A DNA stretch of 64,000 nucleotides from Guillardia theta CCMP2712 (lineage: Eukaryota > Protista > Cryptophyta), in assembly GCF_000315625.1 (NCBI RefSeq), contig NW_005434605.1:176407-240406 (forward strand), written 5' to 3'. Within the stretch, counting starts at the first letter, position 1. Every line of letters starts with the position of its first letter. The position numbers and the translations under genes are program-made. This document shows, in pieces, positions 31,135-44,189 of the stretch. Under the pieces are notes generated by a model. That model ran no database searches. It worked only from the letters and a program-made list of their open reading frames with translations, and was not told the origin of the DNA.

Positions 31135-34100
31135 GTGATGCCGAGGATGGCGGTAGGGGACGCCGACGCCGGCTTGCCAGCCGATCATGATGGAAAAGCT
31201 CCGGGTGATCCAGGGGACACGCAAGATGGTCTTGTAAGCTCAAAACGGTTTGTACTGAGAAACGACAGATCACAGAATTCATCGAGTTCTTCGCACCTTG
31301 AACCGAAAGATTCGAGCTTCGGGCAACCAGCCAAGAATTCAGCTGAAGCGAGTGCGAATTCGGACTTACCATATATATCGAGCAATCTGAGCTATGAAGA
31401 GGTACAGCTTTGGAATGTGAACTGGTCACACGTATTGAAACACTTACAACGGGAGAAAAAGAAAGCGCTAGCGCAACAAGAAGAGCACTATGTGAATAGA
31501 TCTTTGTTCTGTTTAGAAAGCAGCAGCTTGATACGTGAAAAACTTATCGTGCTGACCGAATGGCCATGGTTCAATCGCTTCGTTCTATTCATTATTCTTT
31601 TAAACTGCGTCCTATTGGTCCTGGACAATCCCGTTTGCAGTTGTCAAGCGAGCGTGTGCGTAGAGTATGATTATTATACCAGAATTGTTTACACGAGGCT
31701 GGGCAGCTGCAGCGATTGGGAAAAGATCCAGAACGTCCTTCAAGTCTTCGAGTATATTTTCACAGCACTTTTTACCGCTGAGATGGTCGTGAAGATAATT
31801 GCGAGGGGTTTCGTGTTGCACAAACATGCATACTTGAGAGATGGTTGGAATTGGATCGACTTTGTTGTGGTCATTTGTGGATTGATCAGTCTGGTTCCTG
31901 GCCTGATACAAAATGTAACTGTGCTGAGAACTGCACGAATTCTGCGTCCATTGAGAACGATGACTCGAATTAAAGGAATGAAGCCCTTGATGAAGACGGT
32001 GATAAGCTCGTTGCGCTCCTTGACCAACGTTGTGCTCCTGTTAATCTTCGTCATGACTGTCTTTGGAATCCTCGCCATTGAGTTGGCAGCAGGAAATCTG
32101 AGAGGAAGATGTTACATTGACCCAACCCCTGGAGTGAATTCTTTCGCGCCATCCGCGTGGACAGCTCTTATCAGCCAGCAGAAACCATTTGTCGTCGAGC
32201 CCAATGAAATGGTTGGGAGTTTCAATGCAGGGATCACATTCTGCGTTCCTGGTGTCACAGACTGTGGACAGTTTGCTATTGACGGAGTTTATTACAATAC
32301 GACATGTAGCTTCTACAAATGGTGTTGGACCGATTGGTGCACAGATTGGAACAATAATCCTTACTATGAGGGAGGGGCATACTTGAGCTGTGAGTAGTTG
32401 TATTTTCAACCTCTTTCTTGAACTGAGTTCCATTGCAGTCGATAACTTCCTCCTCTCACTGATGGTGTTGTGGGAAACCTTGACTCTGGAGGGTTGGACG
32501 ACTGATCTGCTTTACAACTACCAGGAAGGATGGGGGGATTGGCCCGCAAGGATATACTTTTGCTCGTTTGTGATAGTCGGGACCTTCTTTGTCTTGCAGC
32601 TGGCCCTCGCGGTTCTGTCCGATGCCTACATGCAGGCCCTTGAAGAAGAGAGATCTGAGAGGGAGATGGAGGCCCTGCATCACGAAGCCATCTTGAAGCC
32701 GGAGAAGGTGAGTTCACTCTAAAACTACACGCTCTTTCGTTGTTCTGCTGAGATGTTGTGTTGACAGGATATGGCCCGGCGAGTGGTCAGGAGAAAGTCG
32801 TCTTGGGTCAGCGATTATGCGACTGTGCTCCAAACCCAGAGCCAATCATTCCTCAAGGTTATCGGTCTGGGACCACAAAATTTACAACGAATTAGCTCAG
32901 GCATCCAGAAAGCACGATCTGCAGTTCGAGTCTTAGTACTTCACACTTGGTTTCAAAACTTTGTCCTGTTCGCGATCGTGATGAACACCATAGTCATGGC
33001 AATGTACTATCACGATCAAACTCTGTTCGAGTCAAACATCTGTCAGCGAAGGTGTGAGATCGATCCTACCATCCCAGCAAATGCTACGTCGCATTGTCGA
33101 GGACCACTCTTTAATCGTAGCTGGGACACAGATGGCCAAGGAGGCGGTCAGAAACCAGATCAGTCAACCTTCTGCTTCATGGAAAGAGACGCTGAATTCT
33201 GGCCTGATCAACAAGCATGCTCTCAGTTCACGAATGAAGGAGACTGTGCGAATGCTCAGGTCTCTCACGGTGTGGGCTGTGTGTTTTTTCCTGACGTGGG
33301 AGTGAATGGAACGTGCATGCTGGCATTGTATAATTCCTATACGTTTGTATATCAGAGCGACGTGATCTATCCGGATAGGATGCAGAGGATTGGAATGAGA
33401 CATGTCTGCGGAGATGGTCTCAACGAATGTGCCACATTCCCAACAACGTTGAACCATGTATTGGACGAGACGAATTTCGCTCTCACCATGGTATTCATTT
33501 CTGAAATGATTCTAAAATGGATCGCATTTGGCTTCAAGGATTACTTTGCTGATAGTTACAACAGATTTGACTTCCTGGTAGTTTTCGGAAGCATCATTGA
33601 GTTGATATTAGGGGCAGTCAATACTTCCTCGAATGGATCTACACTCTCTGCGCTAAGAGGTCTTCGAATGCTCAGATTGTTGAAACTCGCTCAGTCTTGG
33701 GGAGAGATGCGAAAGATTATCTCTTCACTTTTTCGTGCGTTATCATCATTGGGGCCACTTACCATCTTCTGGGTCATGTTCATGTACATCTTTGCACTCC
33801 TCGCGATGCAGTTTTTTGGCGGTCGATTCCACTACGTCAAGACTGACGTTCCTCGCAGTAATTTTGATACCTTTGCACCATCCGCGTTAGGACATGGAGC
33901 TTTCTTTATTGTGTTTCAGATCATCTCGACTGAAAACTGGAACACCATTATGTACAACTCGATGACTGCAACGGACGTTGGCAGTCCATGGAATGCTTGG
34001 TTGACAATCTGTATAGTTGCGTTTGGCAACTACATCATCATGAACCTTTTCATCTCAATTCTGCTCCAGGTAAAGTGCTGTAGTTTGTTACCGTCTACCT

Positions 34101-37100
34101 GTGTTTTTCTCTGCACCTAGCCGCCCCCCCACCCCCCCAAACCCTCCCCTTCTTTAAAATCCATAGAGAGAGCGAGAGCGAGAGAGAAAAGACAAGAAAA
34201 GCGAGAGAGCGAGAGAGCGCGAGAGATGTAAATGTTTCCGTACCATGGAAATAATTTTATTTCAGGGATTCGGGGAGACTGATTCAGAGGAGAACGCGCT
34301 CGAGAAAAAACCTCAGCAATCACTGGCAAGCAAAATGGCCAGGGGTTTCCGGGATATTTTGAAAGGGTTTCGGAGGCGATCTAAAACTTTGCCGATACTG
34401 GACGGAGCATCGATTGACCCTGAGGCTCAAAGGAATATAACTATCTTCAATGAAAACCTTGCAGAGTTTGCAACTAAGGATCATCAAAATCCAGAGGATG
34501 TCGAAGACCCGGATTGGGTTTTCGAAGTGACAGTGTTCGGAAAAGTGAAAAAGCTCAAGATTGCAAATCACCGATCATTTGGTATTTTCAAAAGGAAGAA
34601 CAAGTTGAGAATCCTTATTGCGAGGTTTGTGCAGAATCCGGTGTTCGATACATTTATTCTCAGTTGTATCCTGGCTACGAGCATTACCTTGCTGATTGAA
34701 CGTCCAGACAGTTCTTTCTTCGCAGAAGCTTGTCCCATGCCTCCTCAAGTCTTGAACTGCACGGGACCAGCAGCTGTTTCAGGGCAGACAGTCAATATCA
34801 ACTGTCCTCGAAATGTCGGGGATCCCAATTTCGGGAAAGTTTGGCCGGCGTGCGATTCAAAGACAGAAGAGATCCCAGACTGCTGTTACGTTGCCCAGAG
34901 AGTGTTCATTCTCGAACTTCTCGACGAGATATTTACCTTGATTTTCTTCTCAGAGATGGTCTTGAAGATGATGGTGGATGGTTTGATTTTTCACAAGTAC
35001 GCCTACCTAAGGAGCTCTTGGAACGTGCTGGACTGTCTTGTTGTCATTATTTCTATGATGAGCTCCTTTGGTGGGAGCGCAAACGCTAAATCGTTCAAAG
35101 TCCTTCGTGCGCTACGCGCCCTGAGGCCATTGCGCGTGATCAAGCGGAACAAATCCCTCAGGGTTGCAGTTGTATGTTTGCTATCAAGCATCCCAGCGAT
35201 GCTCAACGTTCTTGTTGTTGTTCTGTTCTGGTTTGTGATTTACGCAATGTTGGGAGTGCAGTTCTTTCGAGGAAAACTGTACAGGTGATAGCAGGGAAAA
35301 TGTCTCAAGTCTTCTGAAGATTTCTGTAGGTGTGTCAACGAAGGAGCACAGACATTTCTAGGTACGACGTTCTTTCCCCTTGCAAATCTCTACACGGCAG
35401 CTCCTCTAATGGCTGGAAATACGTCTGTTCCTTCCATCATTGACTGTGTCGACGCTGGTACATACGGGCAACAGACTAGCTCTCCTGGTGTTTGGCTCAA
35501 CAAGAATTATTCCTTCGACAACCTTGCCCAAGCCTTGTCCACGCTCTTTCAAATGTCCACGACAGAAGGATGGATGGATGTCATGTTCGCTGCCGTTGAT
35601 GTCGTCGCTCCTGGCATCACGCCGATTCCGAATGAGAACCCCTGGTTTGCAATCTACTGCGTCCTGCACATCATCCTCGGAGCGTTTGTGCTGCTCAACC
35701 TCATTGTGGCTGAGGTGATCAAGAACTACGTGAGGATCAAGGGAGCCAATGATGGCATCACACCGTAAGTGCTTCTGTTTGAGGAAAGTAATTTTCATGT
35801 TGTTCACTTGCGCTTCAGATTTATCACCCCTGAGCAGCAGGAGTGGAGAGAGATGCGCAGAATTATTTTCAGCATGAAGCCGATCAAAAGAGTGACAGGA
35901 CCTGCAAATAAGTTCAGAAATTTCTTCTTCAATGTTTGCAACAACAAGTATTTCGAGTATTTCATCACAGCATCCATTTGCCTGAATGTCTTGGCTATGG
36001 TGATCATATGATGGATCTTGCTGTCTCCACTCACACTGCTGCAGTTACTACGGACTTACAATCAAGATGCTTGCATGACCGCCATCATATTCTGGATCAA
36101 CTTTTGTTTCACCTTCATTTTTGTTTCTGAAGCAACCATCAAAATGATTGGTCTTGGTCCCCGTTGGTACTTTTCCGACTCATGGAATAACTTGGACTTT
36201 CTTGTTGTGTTGATCTCTGTCGTTACCATTGCGCTCGAATTCCTGAGAGGAGATTTCAGTTGTACCGTGAGTGGAGCAGTATCGTGAGTTCATACATGCA
36301 GTGCATGATTGGCATTTGCTGATTTCCACGAACAGATTGAAGTTTCCGGGGTTGAAACCACTGAGAGCTCTGCGGATTGTTAGGGTGATACATGCCGCAA
36401 ATGCATTGTTGAGCGCTGAAACAATACTGCGAAGGTGTTTCGACTTGTTCGACGGACAAAAGGGATCAGGCAGCTACTTGTGACATTGATAGAGTCGTTG
36501 CCATCTCTTTGGAATATTGGAGTTGTACTGTTTCTTTCGCTCATCATCTTCGCCGTAAGTGTCTGACCTGTGAGCGTTTCCATTTACACTTCTGTCAGGT
36601 TGTTGGTGTGAACTTCTTCTACAACATTAACGTGGGCCAGGATGCCTATGGGCGAATGACGGACCTTGCGAGCTATCAGACCATTGACAGCGCTATTTTC
36701 CTCTTGTTTCGCCAAACTACAGGAGAAGCGTGGAATGGTATCATGTTCTACTGCATGCAGGTACGTTCGATGTTTCATAGTGATCTCATGCCCTCGATCT
36801 CAATCTCACTAGAGGAACAGGCTGACCCATACAAGGCTTGCAACCTTGCCTACGACCCCTTTCTCAACGACGGATGTGGAAGCCCTTTGATCGGAATCGC
36901 CTTCCACGTCATGTGGCAAGTCCTGGGAGCTTACGTGCTCGTTCAGCTCTTCACAGGTGCCTCCGATGCCCCAACGCTGTCGACAGCCTGACCATCCCCG
37001 CAGCTGTCATCATCGAGAACTTTGCGGAGCTGTCGAAAGAAGAGTCGTCGGTCCTCCCCATCGACAAGGTGCTGCCGTTGTTGACATCTTGTCGGGCCTC

Positions 37101-37735
37101 TGACAAGAGCGCGACAGCTCAACGAGTTCGTCGACGTCTGGACTGAGTTGGACCCGCATGCGCGGGGGAAGATTCACGTGTCTCTGATCCCTGAGATGAT
37201 CAGGAGGCTGAGCCCTCCTCTCGGGTTGAAATCTGAGTACATCACGGAGACGAACCTGATGAAAGTGAGTGCATCTGCTAGCAGAGCAGCGACTGATCTC
37301 TGTGCTGCCTGTAGATCATCAAGGACTTGCACATCCCCGTCGTGAATGATCACATCAAGTACTACGACACCTTCTCGGCCTGTGTCAAGAGAGTGCTGGC
37401 GATAGACACCTTGGACGACGATGACGACGACGACGCCAAGATGCATGACAGCGTCAACAGGACAGAGAGCGCGAAATCGATGACCGTGACGGTGGAGCCA
37501 GAAAGGTAGGGAGTGGAGGAGCGAAGCAATCGACCCCTGACGACTCTGTATGCTAGAATTCCAACAGCAGCGGAAGATTACGCGAGTCGGCGCGTCCAAC
37601 ATGCTTACAGGGAGTGGAAGGAGAATTCTCTCCAGGTTACCCTCAAAGCCTTCGGTATGTACAACTGAAGCAAACATGCTGCAGGTGAAGAAGGCACAAA
37701 AGTTTACAATGAGTTTGCCACTCTCGAGACCTTGA
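31135..37735 (+). CDS. Four-domain voltage-gated calcium channel alpha-1 subunit (EEEE filter)
   Basis: Pore motifs TLEGWT, STENWN, TTEGWM, TGEAWN; S4 segments LRTARILRPLRTMTRIK, LRGLRMLRLLKL, LRALRALRPLRVIKR, LRALRIVRVFRLVRR; C-terminal EF-like region (EFVDVWTELDPHARG...RRLSPPLG) and IQ-like YASRRVQHAYREWK; about 16 introns. Confidence 0.95.
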
Positions 37736-37828
37736 GACACTCTTATCAAATGTACACTACTGACAGGATCATTTTGTCAATTTCATTTTATTCTTCCAAA
37801 GGTATACCTCAATGTATCTTCTTGTCTT

Positions 37829-39329
37829 TCATGCCTTCGAGAAAGCGATCTTTGTCTGCAACTCGCCAAATCTATGCCCCTGATACGATCAATTCAGAAG
37901 AGTGCTAAAAACACCCAAACATTCATCCAACCTGCAACCGAGCCATTGCCATTCCGGATTGAACATCACTCTCGTACTCTACAAAAGCGATTCCTGGCCT
38001 TGAAGGAACCAGACGTACTTCCTTGAATCCAGGAAACTGTTTGGCACATTCAGCCGTCAATGACTGCGAGCAGCAGAACAAATCTTGAGTACCGGTGAAA
38101 AGACCGCTGCAACATCGTCGCTCGTGATATCCAACGGAAGATTCTCCAAGAAGAGGATAGGATGAGGAAAGAGTGGGCCAGTGTGCACGGGTGCTGGAGG
38201 TGCAGACTTCTGATTCTGTCCTGAGGGCGCCTGCCAACCTCCATGGGCATTTCCTTTCCTGATCAAGACGTGAGCTGATAACAACGCTATTAGACATGGA
38301 TTACGATTTGTCCCCTCCATCCTCATCATCCTCGTCCATCTGCTCCGCATCTTCTTCCATTTCACCTTCACCACTTTCTGCCGCCTTCGCCTTCTTCTGC
38401 AGCGCCCAGAAGTCATAAGGTGCAGACCCAAGGCAGAGGAAGGAGTACCACTTTCTTTCCTGTTGGAGGCAACGCTTTTGTTTTCTTGGCCCTGGGCTGC
38501 AGGAGAACAATTCATTCGTAGTGCTTGTCGACATCGCCTCTCCGCACCTCAAAGGTTCCCTCCAACTTCGCAATCACATCACTCTTAGATCGAGCATATT
38601 TTATCTTCATCTCTTTCCCTCCTCCCACCGAAGTGAGAGAAAGAGTGTGTCCCTGCAAGTTATTTCAGCAATGTCCTCGTGCTCTTCAGAGGGAAAGTGC
38701 CTGCAGTCCATTCATGGCCTTCGTTGCCGACGCGACGTCCTTGAACACAACGAATGCTTGTCCCTTGTTATAGAAGTTGCTAACGGCAACGTAAGATGGA
38801 AAGACTGCCAAGCATTTTGATCCATTACCTCATCGCCACAATATCTAGTATCTCTCCATAAGGGCGAAAGATGGCTTTCAACTTCGCCTTCAATTCCTCA
38901 AGCCTTCATACCAAGTCAGCACTGTTGTCATGCGCTCGAAGAGCTTCAAGACCTAAATTTCTTGCTGTATTTCTCATTGATATTTCTAATGTAGAGTGTT
39001 TGATTGGGTGGAAGTTCCTCCTCCTGTTTTCAGTATTAGATTCAGAACTTTGGGTTGCGGATTTAGCTCCCCTTCCTCTACCACCCTCCCACAACTCCTT
39101 TCAAACGTCAAGCACATGTCCTCACATCATCTCATCTCCCTCCTCCGTACACGGAGGATCCTTCACAACATTGCAGCACATCACTCACACAAACAACGAA
39201 CACGCGACACTGCCACCAAGAACTTTCTCTCCTTGCTTTCCACAAGTACACCATGAGTCTTTCCATCGCTAATCTCGCCATTCCAACCTGTGGAGGAGGA
39301 GGAGGCGCCTCTTCTTCCATTGCCGTCAT
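37829..39329 (-). CDS. SNRPA/SNRPB2: U1 snRNP A / U2 snRNP B'' protein (two RRMs)
   Basis: [103 protein letters not shown]. Confidence 0.92.
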
Positions 39330-39717
39330 GGTCGCTCGCGCCGCCGCCGCTTTCGCACTACCCCCACCCTTCAGTCCTGCCACTACCGCCTTGTTGACCC
39401 CACCCCCTTGAACTACCATGGGGAACAGCCATACATCCCGTAGGGTGGTCTTCATGGACAACCCCTACCCCGTCTGCCTAAATTTCTTCACCCCTCGTTG
39501 AAGTCATCAAAGTACCCCTGCATTGACCCGGATTCCATATTTCTGGTCTTCCATCTTACTTGGTACACTTTTTCACCACCCCTTGGTTCTCATTTAGCAC
39601 TCTTGAAGGGGGTAGGACAGTCATTTGGAGTACAAGGAGTGGGTGCTAGGATGGGAAACAATGGGTCCTAGAAAGTGTAGGGTGGTGGTTTCCCGCGCGA
39701 AAGTTTGTGGCATCGCA

Positions 39718-41146
39718 ATGCTCAAATACTGCGAAGTTTGCACGAGCAAGACAGCAGAAGGAGACGGCTACTTCTCCACATGCGGACACATTTTCTGTCA
39801 AAAGGTTATTTACATGTTTATCTTTCTTTTTTGTGTTGTTGTCTTCTCTTGTTTTCTTTCAAGGCAACAAGGCGGGGATACCCACTTGAAACTGCATCTT
39901 TATCATACCGCGCAATTATTGACATCTTGCTGCTCAGTGCCACAAAGATGCTGGAACTTGTCCCCAGTGTGGAGTCCAGGAAGGATTTCAAGTAGTACCC
40001 TTCCAAAGGATTCCGCAACACCTAGCATTCATGTTTCTTGAAGACTTGGGCCTATCGAATCTGAAGCAGGCTGTGCAGGTTGACTTGCGTAGAGTTTCTT
40101 TCAATGAAAATGATTTCGAGGGTGCTTAGTTCCAGATCGCTCACTATCAAAGAGTTGCTTCCAGAGCTAGGGAGGAAAGAGACGCTGCGGTTCAATTTGC
40201 AGAAAGCTGTAAACGTTCCTTCACAACAAATCAAAGGTTCTTGTTCTCGACTGCACTTCAGTAATTTACGGAGTCCTTCAGTTGTCAGCCTCACTCAGAA
40301 ATCTCATCGAAGATGTACTTGAGATCTACTAATGTAGAGTGACCTGACAATTCATAGGCCTTTGGTTCCACATTCCGGTCTCTCTGCACAACCACCTAAG
40401 CTGCTTTTGCGTTCCAATGAATGTGTGGGAAGGAGCCAAGCATCTTTGAGTAATTTGATATCATTCGTTGTCATTACTGATTCAAAGCCAGGTACTTCTC
40501 AAAGCGCTTTGAATAATGACATCTCCGTACGGGCTTTGCAGGCTGACTTTCAATGTGCCGTTACCCCAAAATCATTACCTCGCGACCAGACCGCGATATC
40601 AAGAGATCAGCAAAACAGCAGATTGAATTCAAGACCTCCTTCTCCCATCGCATCACGCCCAGTTTCTAAACAAGCATCTCCTTCCTTTTCCACGGTCAAA
40701 AATTCCAAACCATCGCCGAATTCAATGAGCAGATATCAAACACCAGCCCTAGCAACCCCAAAGTTCAATGATAGTGAAGCACTAAACCGTTCTGTATCTG
40801 TTGCACAGCGATTTGGCCTGGGAAATAAGACATTGGTGAATTGTTCACAATTTTGCTCTTCAAGACTTACACTAAGTATACTACGTTGCAGGTTTCCTTC
40901 CCACCAAAACAAAGTGCAATACAGACTCCTGGGAATCAGCGGTTACAAGTCACGCCTTCGACACAATCGCTGCCAAGGCCTTCGTTCACTCCCCGTAGTG
41001 CACTCATTTCACCCAACACAACATTGATAGCAAATAGAGGACTCTTGCAGCCTTCAGGACTTGGAAAATCAGGCTTGGCGCAGAACTGCTCTTCGAATTC
41101 ACAAACGGCTCTCTTTGCGAATAAGAAACCTCGATTATTGCCTTGA
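39718..41146 (+). CDS. RNF212: RNF212/Zip3-like RING protein (meiotic crossover SUMO/ubiquitin E3 ligase family)
   Basis: N-terminal MLKYCEVC...YFSTCGHIFCQK|CHKDAGTCPQC RING, then IPQHLAFMF...KQAVQ|FQIAHYQR coiled coil with the family FQ motif, and an S/P/T-rich disordered tail. Confidence 0.65.
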
Positions 41147-41520
41147 AAAACGGTATGAAAACTCTGCTGTGATAAAAATTGCATGAAACAAAAATCAATC
41201 GGATGTTCATTACATCGTTAAAGAATGCGTTGTCAGTCCAGACTTCTACATCTGATATTTGGAGAAGTTGTTAAGAGTTTCCTTCTTGATGAAGAAGCCT
41301 CGATCAACAACTGGGATTTACAACAAGTGCGAGACCTTGAGGATTGCTATTCACAATTCTCTCTCGATCCTGTGCTGGAATTGAGAAACAGCCAGCGCTC
41401 TGCTTGCTTCATCCCCCGCCCTAGAAAGCAGCCACGCCACGAAAGCCAACAATACGGCCAAAGGCTGTGGGGTTACCTGAGGAGTGGATGGGTATGTCTT
41501 CTAGGGCGAGGGAACCAACG

Positions 41521-44151
41521 TCAATGGCCGATTTGTTGGTGGACCCCTCCTCTGTTCTGTTGCTGACCACCCCATGCTATCCCCCGAGGCAGATCTGATT
41601 CCGAATTTCCGTTCCACATTGGTTGAGGTCTTTCTCCGCTCCCTTGCCTCGTATCACCATCTTCATATTCACCCTTCCCCCCAGCAGCAAACAGAGCCTC
41701 TTTCGGCATCTCGTCAGCAAGGGCGTTCCTCGCTACAAGTTCCGCCAGCTTGAGAGCGACATGAGGCTGTACGTCATGGGCATCAAACAGGCATTCCCCA
41801 TAGTAATTTGGTGCTGTTGTGTTGTCCTTGGGTCCCTTGCGGAAGATTCTGATCTCAGGGGAGTGAGGAGGTGGAGGCAGCTTGATATCATCATAACAGA
41901 GGCCATGCATCTCGTCTGCCTCACAGTCTACGATGGCAGCCTTGGCCAGCCCAGCGACACCAGCACCAAGTCTGAGCAAGTTGGTGATGGCAGTGCGACA
42001 GGGCCCACAGAACACCCCGTCTGTGAAGACAACAAACCAGAGGTCCAGCGATCCCAGGACGTTATCCCTGAAGTCCGAAGAAGTCTTGAACGTTGGCACG
42101 TCAGTCTGCGAGTAGAGCCACTTCCACTCCTTGGCCACCTGCAGCGCAGAACAAGTCACAAGAAGGTACTGGAGGTGCGAGCATGCGCACCGCACGAGCC
42201 CACGAGATGATGCTGTCAGGGTCCTTAGACTGCGATTGCGAGTATATCTGTTGAGTTCCTCTCTCAGCAGATCCGATCAACATGAGGGAGGGATAGGATC
42301 CAATGCTGAACCATTCGCCACAGATCCCTTTCTCATTCACACAATTGACAGCTCCCACCTGTCCTCAAATGCGTCAGTCTGGATCCTGCGTATGCCCATG
42401 ACCAAGTCACCTCGATATCATCGTTCTCCAAGGCCTTGGCAACGTTCTTGTAGGTGCTCACGAAATGACCGCAGGCTGTACACCAAGGAGCATAGAACTC
42501 AACGAGCCAGATGGCATCTCCGATGACTCGTCTACAGAAAGAGCGCATTAAAGATGACTTTCCTGCTGCTTCTTTGCTCACCTGGGCCAGAGACTTTCGG
42601 TCAATTTCGAGATGAGGGTTTCTCCGTTGTAGAAGTCATTTGACGAGCCCTTCTTTCCGTACATCTCCCATTCCCAGAAGGTGTTGAACTGAGCCTTCTC
42701 AAAAGCATTCATGAGATCGCGGGCATGCTGTCAGGAGGCACTTCACCTGGTCTTGTCCCCCGAGATCGTCGAAGGCAGCCCTCTTGTCAGGATCCCCGAG
42801 AATTTCATAGGCCGCGACCTTCACAGGGACAAGATAAGGCGAGCGTCTCTAGGCAGATCATCCAGCAGCAAGGCTTCATCACCACATCCATGAAAGCTTT
42901 CTGAGCTGCCTCCTTGAGCCTCCCGTCGGAAATCTTGTCCGGATGGAACTGAAGGCTCAACCTGTCGGTTCTCTCAGCGAATTTCATCGGCAAACACGAG
43001 GGAACCTTCGGTACGCCTTGCGAATATCCGTCATTTGGGAGTCCTTCGGAAGCTTGAGGACTCCGTATGGATCTTTTTGTCCATCTCCAAAGTTTGCAGC
43101 TCGACGTTTGATCTCCTCCTCGTCTACAGCTTCTTTCTTGTCTACCGGCAGCACATGTGAGCAGAGTAACCGTAAACCCTTTGACCTCACCCTCATCGAC
43201 ATTCTGTCCCCTCAGTCTCTCTAGCTCCGACTGCTGTCGCTCAGCCAGACGTTGCTCAGCTCTGCAACGCTTCATGACGACTTGCCAAGTGGGGGGAGGC
43301 TGGCAGACCTGTGCTTGGCCTCCTGCAAGTTTTCTTTCTCCAGTCGGGAGGCCGCCTGCCTCTCCTCCATGGCGAGTAATTCTTCTCTCCGCCGCGCTTC
43401 GCGTTTCTTCGAGATCTGCCAGTTGAACGTCTCAGTGAGGACCCTTGTTACTTCATCTTCTCTACCTCGTCGCGGTGGGGGCAGCTCTTGACAACTCCAG
43501 CATTTCCTATGTGATCGTTCTCACCAGCACACATCCAAGCCTTGTCTTCCACGCATCTTCAGATCGCCAAGTGTCAATAGAGTAGGCGACCGCTGCAGAG
43601 CATGCACAAAACCTCCTTGATCCGATGCACCATGCGCAATTCGAAGCAAGGCAAGAATCGCATCCACGATGAGCTCCACATGGCAAGTTGGGATCGGCTT
43701 GGATGGTCTGAAATAATTTGAAGGAGACATTAGCTGATTGCAGTCAAGATTTCTTTCTTTCTCTCTTCTCAGTCATTCTCCTCACAAAGGCCAATCCCCG
43801 ATCCTCCCTCTTTTTCACCTGAGCTGCTCCATTCCTACACTGAGCGACAGCTCCATTTCCCGGCCAAGCCCAAGATCTGCCGATAAATTTCACCAAGAGG
43901 AGATATCTCTACTCCTCCTCCAACCCTCACTTCAGGCGATATGCTTCCTGTACATCCTTGCACGTTTGGCAGCACGGTATCTCTGCACTCTCTGCTCCGT
44001 AGCAGCTACCGCAAGCCAGAAGGTCTGATCTTCCTTGAGAGTCTTCACACGTCTCTCCTCTGCTCTTGTCGCATGTCTCAGAGGATGCCGATACCCCTAG
44101 CGCCCCCGCCATCAGAGCTACTCGGATCAGCCATGCAAACTTCCCCAGCAT
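41521..44151 (-). CDS. Secretory DnaJ plus two thioredoxin domains (ERdj5/DNAJC10-like) with N-terminal Erv46/ERGIC3-type Cys module and PSI-like domain
   Basis: Signal peptide MLGKFAWLIRVALMAGALGVSAS; J domain DPYGVLKLP...IRKAYRRLSLQFHPDK...AYEILGDPDKRAAFD; Trx WLVEFYAPWCTAC and WFVVFTDGVFCGPC; about 12 short introns. Confidence 0.85.
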
Positions 44152-44189
44152 GTTGGGGTTACCAGGGAACAGGAGGGGTCTGATTTACC

